This document shows, piece after piece, positions 55,960 to 64,000 of a stretch of DNA of 64,000 nt. The stretch lies in assembly GCA_004297625.1 (NCBI GenBank), contig SCTY01000028.1, positions 8,848-72,847 of the forward strand. The letters run 5' to 3'. A program made the translations under genes and the position numbers. The notes under the pieces were generated by a model. It saw only the letters and a program-made list of their open reading frames with translations. It made no database searches and had not been told where the DNA came from. How positions within the stretch are numbered: position 1 is the stretch's first letter; every line of letters starts with the position of its first letter. The DNA is from Betaproteobacteria bacterium. GTDB taxonomy: Bacteria; Pseudomonadota; Gammaproteobacteria; Burkholderiales; SG8-39.

Positions 55960-57060
55960 CTAAATGGCGCGACCGCGCCAGGTATAGGGAAGCCGGGTCC
56001 CAATACCTTTTGCTTCGGCGGCCTCGATCATTCGAGCGCCAATGGCCGCGAACTGGATTCCCATTCCGGTGTTATTGAAGTGAAACGTTATGTCGTCAAA
56101 TGCACGTTGCGGCGGCGCCTTCCCGACAATCTGAGAGAGCTCCACAATCTGATCCATCGATACCTTACCGTTCTTTATAAGCGGGAGGATGTCGGGCTGC
56201 TCGTCCAGCTCAACTTGCACCTTGGAATTAACAACGACCAATGAAGAACGTGTAACGGTCTCCTCGTCAATCTCTTTTCTTTGATCCAGTCGGTCGCCGC
56301 CCGAGATTGATATCACGTGAGCGCCCGGCTTGATCCATTCCCCCTTCATCACGGGCTCTATTGCGTTGGTAGCAGCCACCACAACGTCTGCGCCGCGAAC
56401 CGCCTTCTCGCCGGTATCGACCGCTACAAACTCGACTCCGGGGGTTCGCTCCTGCTGCTGCTTGACGAATCGCGTGCGGTGCTCAGGATTCGGCGAATAA
56501 ATATTGATGCGTTCGAAGTTCCGCACACTCATCATCGCCGTGAGGTGCCAGCGAGCTTGCCAACCGGTACCCAGAAGTCCCATGGTTCTGCAATCTTTCC
56601 GTGCCATGTATCTCGCGCCCAGCGCACTCGTACAGGCAACGCGAATCGGATTGATGTAGAAGTCATGAATGATGCCGCGAAGGGTGCCGGTCTCCAGATC
56701 GAATACATGTACTAGCCCGACCAGAGTGCCAGGGAACTCCATTCGTCGTGTGCCGAACTGTGTGACGAACTTCACTTTGCCGGAGTTCACTCGTAGCGCA
56801 CCAGTGTTCGTTCCGGGGACGAGTCCTGCGTGGAGATTGAACCAGTGGTGCGTGTCTGGCTCGCCCAGCGGCACGAACAAGCGTTGACGCGGCATGTTCT
56901 GGGCGACACCCTCCCCGAGTTGCCGATATGCAATTTCGAGAGCATCTACATAGGAGGGAATATCGAGGATGGCCTTGGTGTCATCGTTGGTCAGGAGAAG
57001 AGGACCGTCCTTCATGGACATTTTTGTGTTACGGGCTTTGGCTGGCGAAGGTGAATTCAC
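55960..57060 (-). CDS. Ornithine cyclodeaminase/mu-crystallin-family NAD(P)-dependent enzyme
   Basis: 366 aa with the Rossmann motif GLLGTGWQARWHL. GTG start with a GGGGAGG RBS, and GTGA overlap with the upstream SBP gene. Confidence 0.85.
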   Translation of the reverse strand: MNSPSPAKARNTKMSMKDGPLLLTNDDTKAILDIPSYVDALEIAYRQLGEGVAQNMPRQRLFVPLGEPDTHHWFNLHAGLVPGTNTGALRVNSGKVKFVTQFGTRRMEFPGTLVGLVHVFDLETGTLRGIIHDFYINPIRVACTSALGARYMARKDCRTMGLLGTGWQARWHLTAMMSVRNFERINIYSPNPEHRTRFVKQQQERTPGVEFVAVDTGEKAVRGADVVVAATNAIEPVMKGEWIKPGAHVISISGGDRLDQRKEIDEETVTRSSLVVVNSKVQVELDEQPDILPLIKNGKVSMDQIVELSQIVGKAPPQRAFDDITFHFNNTGMGIQFAAIGARMIEAAEAKGIGTRLPYTWRGRAI

Positions 57061-58091
57061 GGAAGCCTCCCCGCAAACTGAAAGTCTGCGAACTCAGAAA
57101 CCGGAATGTCGCGCTTGAGAATGCCTATTCCACGGTACACCTTCAGATCGTTTTCCAGCCTTGAGGCGCTGATGCCAAATTCCTTTCCGTAACCCGATCG
57201 GATCGAGGACACAACCTTCAAGGCATTTTCTTCGTCGAGTTTCATATCCGGAGCGAGAAGCTCCGCAACTAGCTCGTCAGATGCTGAAGTTATGAAGTCG
57301 TGTCCCTTATGCGTGGCCTTGAGCACCTTCGCCAACACATCCTTCTTCTCACTTATTTGCTTTTCGGTTGTGAACATCGCCATGGAGGCAACTTCGCCGC
57401 CAAACCATTCCACTGAGGCTCCGGGCTTTCTTAGATCAACCAGCGGTTGGGCGATCCCGCGGTTAACCAGGACGTTCTGAATCGGTTGCCACACGACACC
57501 GGCCTCCGCTTCCTTGCGTTCGAACAGATTTATCCAGACGGGTGGCGCGTAATCTGTGATGTGGATGACCTTGACGTCCGAGCGGTAATCAAGACCTCCC
57601 TTTTGCAGCACGGCCATGCCGACGGCCCAGGCGGCGGCACCTGCTTGCGGAGTAATTACGCGCATACCTTTCAGATCGGAGATCTTCTTGATCTTTCCTA
57701 CGAGGTCCGAACGAATCATCACGGCGAAGCTCTCTGCGTTGTACCAGAGCCCGATCAGCTTGAAGGGCAGACCAGACTGGCGTGCAATTGCGCCTACAGG
57801 TACCGTAATAAGCGCAACGTCGATGTCTCCGGATGCGAGCGCATCGCGGGTTCTGGGCCCGCCTAAATAGATAAGCTGCGGATCCACGCCTTCGTCGCGG
57901 AAGTAGCCTTTGCGCACTGCCGCCCAGACGGGGCCGTTCAGCTCATAGGCCGGTACCGTCCCGATCTTTACCTTCTGTGCCTGTGCACTGGCTTCCAGCG
58001 GGATTAAAAGAACAAGGCCCGCAACTGCCGTTATGCATGCTGCGAGGCGCTTTTTCCAGGAAGCGGGATTCGCCGATTTTTCCTGTTTCAT
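57057..58091 (-). CDS. ABC transporter periplasmic substrate-binding protein (NMT1/THI5, NitT/TauT family)
   Basis: Start at MKQEKSANPAS with a GAGGAGG RBS and a signal peptide ending ..LEASAQAQ. Confidence 0.85.
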   Translation of the reverse strand: MKQEKSANPASWKKRLAACITAVAGLVLLIPLEASAQAQKVKIGTVPAYELNGPVWAAVRKGYFRDEGVDPQLIYLGGPRTRDALASGDIDVALITVPVGAIARQSGLPFKLIGLWYNAESFAVMIRSDLVGKIKKISDLKGMRVITPQAGAAAWAVGMAVLQKGGLDYRSDVKVIHITDYAPPVWINLFERKEAEAGVVWQPIQNVLVNRGIAQPLVDLRKPGASVEWFGGEVASMAMFTTEKQISEKKDVLAKVLKATHKGHDFITSASDELVAELLAPDMKLDEENALKVVSSIRSGYGKEFGISASRLENDLKVYRGIGILKRDIPVSEFADFQFAGRLP

Positions 58092-58221
58092 GATGCCTCC
58101 TCTGTGGATGAGAGCCGTATGGGACGGTGGCAAGAAGGTGCTCTCACTTCATCTCCTTGCGGTAATGCTGTTTGCCATCCTATGCACTATGAAAAAATCT
58201 CCGGCTTCCGTTCTAAGCGCG

Positions 58222-58998
58222 TCAGATTGACACCGCAGGCGGACGCCAGCGAAGCAACCGCTTCTCAACGCGCTGCGCCAGGCTTGTGAGCGTGACTCCA
58301 ACCACCATCAGCAGGACAAGAATCGCGTAGACCATGTCCGTCTGAAGCAAACCTTCTGAAACAAGCAGGCGATAGCCCAAGCCCTCCGTAGCGCCAGCAA
58401 ATTCGCCGACAATCGCCCCAAGAAGCGAAAACGCCACGCTCACACGAAGGGCAGCAAAGATCCATGACACGACTGATGGCACGACTACAATGCTGACGAT
58501 CTGTCCGCTCGAAGCCCCCAGCAATCGAATCGCGCGAATGTAATCAGGATCGATTGCCTTCACTCCCGCGTAGACGTTGTAGAACACGACAAAGAACACC
58601 GCCGACCAGCTCGCGAGGATCTTCGAGCTCATACCCAAACCGAACCAGATCACCAGAAGCGGAGCAAGTGCGGGCCGTGGTACTGCGTTTACCGCCTGAA
58701 AGAAAGGCTCAAATACCCGGTCGAGCAACCGGTAGCGCGCAAACAGGACTCCAATCAGAACACCGGTGATCGTTCCGGATACGAGTCCGGCGAAGGCCTC
58801 AACAAGCGTTACAACGAGATCAGTGAAGAGGACTACGTATTCGTGCTGGAATGCCCCAATGATCTTGAGAGGCGAACTGAAGTAGAGAGCTGTGGGACTG
58901 GTTGCCTTTATCCACCCGCCCGTCAACAACTCCCAGCCGATCAGAAATGCACCAAGCACTCCGAACCGCAGAAAGTGAATCGTGGCATTGTCTTTCAC
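58222..58998 (-). CDS. ABC transporter permease (NitT/TauT family)
   Basis: 258 aa of the BPD_transp_1 type. GTGA overlap with the ATPase stop. Confidence 0.9.
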   Translation of the reverse strand: MKDNATIHFLRFGVLGAFLIGWELLTGGWIKATSPTALYFSSPLKIIGAFQHEYVVLFTDLVVTLVEAFAGLVSGTITGVLIGVLFARYRLLDRVFEPFFQAVNAVPRPALAPLLVIWFGLGMSSKILASWSAVFFVVFYNVYAGVKAIDPDYIRAIRLLGASSGQIVSIVVVPSVVSWIFAALRVSVAFSLLGAIVGEFAGATEGLGYRLLVSEGLLQTDMVYAILVLLMVVGVTLTSLAQRVEKRLLRWRPPAVSI

Positions 58999-59825
58999 GC
59001 GATTCCTTTCGCTGCCGAATTCTTCAGCTGCGAGAGTTCGATATCACCTTTCAGCTCCTTCCAGATTTCCCGGTAGGCGTCCTGGAAGGCCGGAGCGACC
59101 CTTGCATCTATGACGGATCGCGGATGCGGGATATCAATGTCAAAAACCCTGTGAATCTTCGCCGGTCGTCGACTCATCAGGACAACGCGATTACCGAGCA
59201 GGATGCTTTCCTCTACATCATGCGTGACGAAGAGGATAGTTGTCTTGGCGGCATGCCAGAGGTCGATCAGCAACTGCTGAAGTGTCATTCGGGTCTGTGC
59301 ATCGAGCGCACCGAATGGCTCGTCCATGAGAACCACTTCAGGATTGCATGCGAGCGTTCGGATGATGTTCGCTCTTTGCCTCATGCCTCCCGACATGGCG
59401 AATGGATAGGATTTTTCGAATCCCGCAAGTCCTACCCGATGAATCCACGATTGGACCTGGGCTTCTCGCTCATGGGACGGCATACCCATGATTTCAAGCC
59501 CTACGCCAACATTGGCCTCGAGAGTTCTCCATGGAAGCAAGGTGTCTTTCTGAAGTACGTAACCCAGTCTATGGGCCGCGTTCGAACGCCAGGCGATATC
59601 GATGGTGCCCTCGAATTGGTCTGCCGCATGCTCCACGGTCTTGCTTACAAGGTTCATGAGCGTCGACTTTCCGCAACCGGATGGTCCGATTACGGTGACG
59701 AACTCGCCTTCCTTTATTGCGAGATCGATCCCGTCCAGCACCCGAACGGGGCCGGCTTCCGATGGGAAAGTCAGCCTCACCCTCTGAATCCGAATCTTGT
59801 CGGGTTGGCTCAAATTAGAGTTCAT
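58995..59825 (-). CDS. ABC transporter ATP-binding protein (NitT/TauT family)
   Basis: Walker A GPSGCGKST, signature MSGGMRQR and Walker B VVLMDEPFGALD. Confidence 0.9.
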   Translation of the reverse strand: MNSNLSQPDKIRIQRVRLTFPSEAGPVRVLDGIDLAIKEGEFVTVIGPSGCGKSTLMNLVSKTVEHAADQFEGTIDIAWRSNAAHRLGYVLQKDTLLPWRTLEANVGVGLEIMGMPSHEREAQVQSWIHRVGLAGFEKSYPFAMSGGMRQRANIIRTLACNPEVVLMDEPFGALDAQTRMTLQQLLIDLWHAAKTTILFVTHDVEESILLGNRVVLMSRRPAKIHRVFDIDIPHPRSVIDARVAPAFQDAYREIWKELKGDIELSQLKNSAAKGIA

Positions 59826-59858
59826 GAGGCAAAGCAAACGGCGCTGAGCAGGGATATT

Positions 59859-60758
59859 TCATGACGCGCGCTGAGCCTTGGGGACGCCGGACATGACTCG
59901 TTCGGTGCCGTTTGTGCCGCTCCGAGAGCCCGCTGATCTCAGAGCCGGCCGTCTACCGCCTGCAACTTCGGGTTTGCGCTTTGCACGCGGTTGTGCATGG
60001 TGGCCCAGCTCGGCCGATATCTGCCGGGCAGCGTCCATTACAAGTTGGGCGAGCTTCACGCGCGACGACTTCATTCGCGCCTTCAGACCCGCTACAGTGA
60101 GCGCTGCGACGACTGCACCAGACTGATCTCTGATTGCCGCAGCGATTCCCAGCGCGCCGACATAATTTTCCTCATCGCTTTCGGCAAACCCCTGCCTGCG
60201 AACCTTCAACAGTTCCTGATGAAATTCGGCTCGATCTGTAATGGAGGCGGCCGTACGACTCGGCAAGCCCGTATCGTCTAGGATCCGATCAACCTCTTCG
60301 TCGTCGAGTCCGGCAAGGATCGCCTTCCCGAGCGCTGAGGAATGGACGTAGGCCCGGACGCCGACGTTCTCATCAAACCGAATGCCGTGAGCGCCTCCGA
60401 CCTTGTGAATGATTACCACCCGGCCAACTTCACATACTCCTAGGTAGACGGCTTCGCCGGTCTTTTCAGCGAGTCGTCGAGCGATCGGGCTCGCTACATC
60501 CAGTAACGTGATATGGCTCAGAACCTCCGAACCCAGTGAAAGAATTTTCAGCCCGATGTAGTACTTAAGATCTTCCGGCGTTTGGCGCACCCAACCGCGC
60601 CGACACAGGGTGCCCAGAAGTCGGTGCGCCGTGCTTCTCTTCATTGCAAGGATCCGGGCGATCTCGCGCACCCCATGCGCTCCGGGGTTGCGCGCCAGCC
60701 ACTCGAGAAGGACCAACGCCCGCTCGACAATACGACTGGTTTGAGCCTCCTCCGGCAT
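59859..60758 (-). CDS. IclR-family transcriptional regulator
   Basis: N-terminal wHTH (VERALVLLEWLARNPGAHGVREIARILAMKRSTAHRLL) plus an IclR effector domain and a basic C-terminal tail. Confidence 0.9.
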   Translation of the reverse strand: MPEEAQTSRIVERALVLLEWLARNPGAHGVREIARILAMKRSTAHRLLGTLCRRGWVRQTPEDLKYYIGLKILSLGSEVLSHITLLDVASPIARRLAEKTGEAVYLGVCEVGRVVIIHKVGGAHGIRFDENVGVRAYVHSSALGKAILAGLDDEEVDRILDDTGLPSRTAASITDRAEFHQELLKVRRQGFAESDEENYVGALGIAAAIRDQSGAVVAALTVAGLKARMKSSRVKLAQLVMDAARQISAELGHHAQPRAKRKPEVAGGRRPALRSAGSRSGTNGTERVMSGVPKAQRAS

Positions 60759-60761
60759 CAA

Positions 60762-60780
60762 TTCGGGACGTTGTCCCGAA
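60762..60780. promoter_or_regulatory. Perfect inverted repeat abutting the iclR start codon
   Basis: TTCGGGAC-gtt-GTCCCGAA with 8-bp arms, 3 nt upstream of the ATG at 60758. Confidence 0.35.
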
Positions 60781-61100
60781 ATTCGTACGCTGTCAAGAGT
60801 CGCCGAAGAGAGACCGGGCTGGCGTCAATGCGGGGGCTCCGGGCTGTCTGGCCAGTCGATGGGACGACCGATGTGAACGCTCCAAGCGCCGCTGACAGGG
60901 GTGCCGCCCAACCTGAGGCACCGCCGATGCCTACGGTCCACCTACGGGCGTAAGCATGTCATGGCGGCGGCGTGTGATTTCCGCAGGTTGCGCAAGGGAC
61001 CTGCTAATGCTGCCTTAGTGCATAGGCTTAGTCGTAGCGTCGCTATTTATAAAAAAGGGCTTTCGGTGAACTAGGCGATGCGTGGCTTAACTGCTCGAGA

Positions 61101-61898
61101 CTATTTCTCGCGAACCACGCGGTTCGAAAGGATGCCGATCTTATCGTTTATAACTTCGACCAGATCACCAGGCTCGAGGGCAGGTAGCGTGGGGCCATCG
61201 CAGCCCAACCATATGACGTCGCCGGGCTGGAGTGTCAAGTATGCTGTCATGCGTGCAATGTAGTGCTGGAGGCTAAAGATCGCGCGCTTCGTCGTATACG
61301 ACGTGGCGATCTTACCATTGACTCGCACGGTAATGTTTTGATCCATGGGGTCCAGATCTGCGACGACCACGGGGCCCATGGGTTTGAACGTGTCAATGTT
61401 CTTCGCGCGCCATAGCGTGCGATCGCTTTTTTGGAAACTACGCTCGCTGAGATCGTTGCCCAACGTGTAGCCGGCGATGCAATCCAGCGCCTGCTCCTCG
61501 GTTAGGTGCTTAGCGCGCCTGCCCACGACGGCAACAAGTTCCCCTTCAAAGTGGACAGGCCCCGGAGCGTCCTTCGGAATGACGATATCGGCACCGCTAC
61601 CGATCAACGCGTTCGCGGAGCGGTAGCCGATGTCCGCCTGGGTCGGAGCTTTCAGGGACATGCCGAGGTACTGGTTTGCCCACTCGATGTGATCGCGAAA
61701 ATTGATACCTGCGGCGTAGAAGTTTGGCGGTGTAACGGGAGCCATGAGCTTCGCCGTCGCGAGCGGTACCCGCTCGCCGGTATGCTTGTGCGGTCCATAG
61801 GGCGCGCCATCAATGAGCGCTATTTCGTTGTCAATAACAATACCGAAGGAGGGTCCGCCATTTACATCCAGGCGGCACCATTTGATAGCTTCTTTCAT
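61101..61898 (-). CDS. Fumarylacetoacetate hydrolase (FAH)-family protein
   Basis: 265 aa, ...HFEGELVAVVGRRAKHL...GYTLGNDLSERSFQ...KNIDTFKPMGP... Confidence 0.9.
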   Translation of the reverse strand: MKEAIKWCRLDVNGGPSFGIVIDNEIALIDGAPYGPHKHTGERVPLATAKLMAPVTPPNFYAAGINFRDHIEWANQYLGMSLKAPTQADIGYRSANALIGSGADIVIPKDAPGPVHFEGELVAVVGRRAKHLTEEQALDCIAGYTLGNDLSERSFQKSDRTLWRAKNIDTFKPMGPVVVADLDPMDQNITVRVNGKIATSYTTKRAIFSLQHYIARMTAYLTLQPGDVIWLGCDGPTLPALEPGDLVEVINDKIGILSNRVVREK

Positions 61899-62052
61899 CT
61901 CTTACCCCGCCTTGCTGTGTGCGGATGCCAGTTTCCGCAATGACCATGCTATAGCCGTCGGGTGCCCATTCAGCAGTGTTCCGCCCCGACGTTGGCACTG
62001 GACCCCGAACGCCAACTCAAGCCAGCGCTAGAAGCCCGTAGCCGTTCGCAAC

Positions 62053-63210
62053 TCACGCCTGAACTGCTATTGCGTTCAGGCAGACTTGCGAAAGGCCCGG
62101 CAGCTCTGCACCGCCTACTACGACGGCAGGTAGCTCTTTGCTGAAGCGCGAACGAAGAATCTCTTTTAGCTGATTCATGCGATAGATGTCCGTCAGGTAG
62201 ACATCCAGTCGGGCTATCGATTGAAGATCGCAATTACAGGTATCTAGACGCTTCGCCAAGGTATTAAGCGCGTTCTGGACTTGCGCTTCAAAGTCGCCAG
62301 CAAGTGCAATGGCCGCCTTCCCATTATCACCATCGAGCGCACCCAAACATTCGCCCACAAACGCGAACCCGCCGGCGGATACAGCGAGAACACCGTTGCC
62401 GCCGCTCGCGTACACCTTTTTGACTTTCTGGCCAGGCGCAAGAGCGAGCGCAGTCACCTCAATTTCACCTCGCGCACCCAGCGGCAATCCTACGGTCGTA
62501 GCAGCAACAGCCGTGTCACCGACTATGGCCCGCCTCGCCGCGCGATCCTCGTCAGCTCGGCCGATCTCCCGCAGAAAGCAATCAATACGCAAGAGGCTTT
62601 CACTGGTCGCTCCACACTTTTTGAGGATCTCGCACATGACCTCGTAGCAAACCCGAGCCTGCGCTGACAGAGACTCTTGCGTTTCCTCCGCGACGGCTCG
62701 TCCTGACCTGGGATCGACCGTACCTCGAAGGCCAGAAAGAAATACGAAAGGTCCGCCCAATACAGCCGACGAGATATTGCCCATGCCGTACTCGGGACCC
62801 GTAACTAGCACCTTCTTCCTGTTTGCGTCACGCACGGCGACAACTGCAGTGGTGAGCATGTTAAGTCCCGCCATCTTCGCAGCGACTCCCGTGCTCGCCA
62901 GTGGTGCGGGCCTACCGAAGAACTTTCCCCGCACCGTCTGTCGACGCGGCAGCCAGTCCTGGCTACTGGTAAAGTGGTCAAGACGAACGACCGCATTCAT
63001 TTCCGCATTCGCCTTGCCTAATACAGCGGCCACCGCCCCGTATGAGTTTTCACATTGCGCCTCGGCAGCGCCAGCCAAGCCCGGCTCTATCTTTTGGGTT
63101 TTGAGATCTCGGATGCCGTCGTAACCTGAGGTAAAAAGTAAGGGCCCTGCCTCTACCACTCCAGCACCAATTGCTGGCCCTTCCTGGACCAGTACTCGCT
63201 TGCTTATCAT
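62053..63210 (-). CDS. Triple tandem RidA/YjgF/TdcF-like domain protein
   Basis: 385 aa, about 3 x 128. Each third repeats GP(L/F)xF(T/L)SG... and ..AQxxxxxxxxxxxLxxxxxxxxxxxRLDxx(T/L). None of the thirds has a PAR(S/T) motif. Confidence 0.8.
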   Translation of the reverse strand: MISKRVLVQEGPAIGAGVVEAGPLLFTSGYDGIRDLKTQKIEPGLAGAAEAQCENSYGAVAAVLGKANAEMNAVVRLDHFTSSQDWLPRRQTVRGKFFGRPAPLASTGVAAKMAGLNMLTTAVVAVRDANRKKVLVTGPEYGMGNISSAVLGGPFVFLSGLRGTVDPRSGRAVAEETQESLSAQARVCYEVMCEILKKCGATSESLLRIDCFLREIGRADEDRAARRAIVGDTAVAATTVGLPLGARGEIEVTALALAPGQKVKKVYASGGNGVLAVSAGGFAFVGECLGALDGDNGKAAIALAGDFEAQVQNALNTLAKRLDTCNCDLQSIARLDVYLTDIYRMNQLKEILRSRFSKELPAVVVGGAELPGLSQVCLNAIAVQA

Positions 63211-63228
63211 TGCCTTCCTCTCTACAGC

Positions 63229-63558
63229 TCAGGTCAATTCGGGTATCACTTCATAGATTTCCGCCTCGGGTTTCTTCACCCAGAGGTTTCCAGCGGCAGA
63301 GGCAACCTTTTTGCGAACGTCGCTCTCTGCCCACTTCTTCTGTGCTTCCTCGGTTTCCCAAACGGTAACCGTAGATATCTTTCGCGGGCTGCCTTCCGCT
63401 GTAAGCGTGAATCTGGTCACGAAGCCTTCGAAGGCACGCATATTGCGGCCGTTCGTGCATATCAGCGTCTCGGCTTCTGCTTGTTTTCCTGGTATCGCGT
63501 AATGATGTACGAGCGCCGCGATCATTCTCTTCTTCCCGTCCCTTCCAACGTTGTTCAT
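63229..63558 (-). CDS. Small ABM/Dabb-like (ferredoxin-fold) protein
   Basis: 109 aa from MNNVGRDGKK with an AAGGAAGG RBS. ...VTVWETEEAQKKWAESD... resembles antibiotic-biosynthesis-monooxygenase-like domains. Confidence 0.55.
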   Translation of the reverse strand: MNNVGRDGKKRMIAALVHHYAIPGKQAEAETLICTNGRNMRAFEGFVTRFTLTAEGSPRKISTVTVWETEEAQKKWAESDVRKKVASAAGNLWVKKPEAEIYEVIPELT

Positions 63559-63594
63559 TTCGCCTTCCTTTAGCGCACTGCAGTGGCAACACAA

Positions 63595-64000
63595 TTAGCA
63601 TTCATGACAGGCAACAAAATGACCCGGTCGGGTTTCGCGTCGCAGCGGCGCACTACGCAGACAGGTCGCATTGAATTGCGGGCAGCGGGGTGCAAAATTG
63701 CACCCGTCGTTTGCCTTCGAGGGAAGCGTTGCCTCGGCTGCACGATAGCTATGTTGAACTCCGGGTTGGCCTTTCCATCGCGGAAGGGCCGCGGCTCTGA
63801 GCAGCTGGGTATACGGGTGCAGCGGGCCTGACAGGACCGCGTCTGCCGGCCCTTCCTCAATTGCGCGACCCAGGTACATGACAGCGATGCGCTGGCAAAG
63901 GTACCGAACGCTGCTCAGGTCGTGAGAGATGAAAAGATATGCTAGCTGTTCATCTCTCTGCAGTTGCCTCAATAAATTGAGTACCTGAGCCCGTATCGAT
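63595..64000 (-). CDS. Oligopeptide/dipeptide-type ABC transporter ATP-binding protein, 3' part (gene continues past the right edge)
   Basis: ...SIRAQVLNLLRQLQRDEQLAYLFISHDLSSVRYLCQRIAVMYLGRAIEEGP...PLHPYTQLL...GCNFAPRCP. This is the DppD/F-type C-terminal extension. Confidence 0.85.
   Translation of the reverse strand, partial: SIRAQVLNLLRQLQRDEQLAYLFISHDLSSVRYLCQRIAVMYLGRAIEEGPADAVLSGPLHPYTQLLRAAALPRWKGQPGVQHSYRAAEATLPSKANDGCNFAPRCPQFNATCLRSAPLRRETRPGHFVACHEC

Overview
This window is a high-GC segment (upper-60s % by eye) whose gene order looks betaproteobacterial, and it falls into three parts. (1) About 1-20 kb is housekeeping: leuA (partial), pssA-psd, ilvIHC, an ECF-sigma/DUF3619/DUF3106/RDD module, lptFG, pepA-holC-valS, an MFS transporter, a BepA-like protease and moaC. 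(2) About 20-51 kb is a large dissimilatory sulfur-oxidation supercluster. It holds a complete type-I sHdr set (dsrE3-shdrC1B1AHC2B2) with lbpA and tusA, and its own lipoate-assembly genes: an LplA-like ligase, two radical-SAM LipS-type proteins, a GGR-like flavoprotein and a GATase-like protein. It also holds YeeE and DsrE-like proteins, a BigR/ArsR-type and a CsoR/CstR-type regulator, a FadL-type outer-membrane channel, a globin, cytoplasm-facing SoeABC-like sulfite dehydrogenase genes, and qmoAB-hdrCB. (3) About 51-64 kb is a compositionally distinct block (about 55 % GC by eye), all on one strand. It encodes an IclR regulator, a NitT/TauT-type ABC importer, an OCD-family dehydrogenase, a three-subunit biotin-dependent 2-oxoacid-type carboxylase, a family-III CoA-transferase, an FAH-family enzyme and a triple-RidA fusion. 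The sHdr-LbpA system itself is a known family. The items most worth follow-up are its non-canonical members and context. These are an LplA::alpha/beta-hydrolase fusion, an intact HDAC/AcuC-type deacylase coupled to lipS, a GATase-like protein without its catalytic Cys, and a 4-Cys orf between shdrB2 and lbpA. There is also a ~110-bp three-hairpin repeat inserted at equivalent positions in two Hdr-like operons, a soeABC/qmoAB-hdrCB divergon, decayed gene remnants, and the low-GC carboxylase cluster. I saw no rRNA, tRNA, CRISPR array, transposase or integrase, but this was a by-eye scan only. Start codons are often GTG/TTG and several are uncertain.
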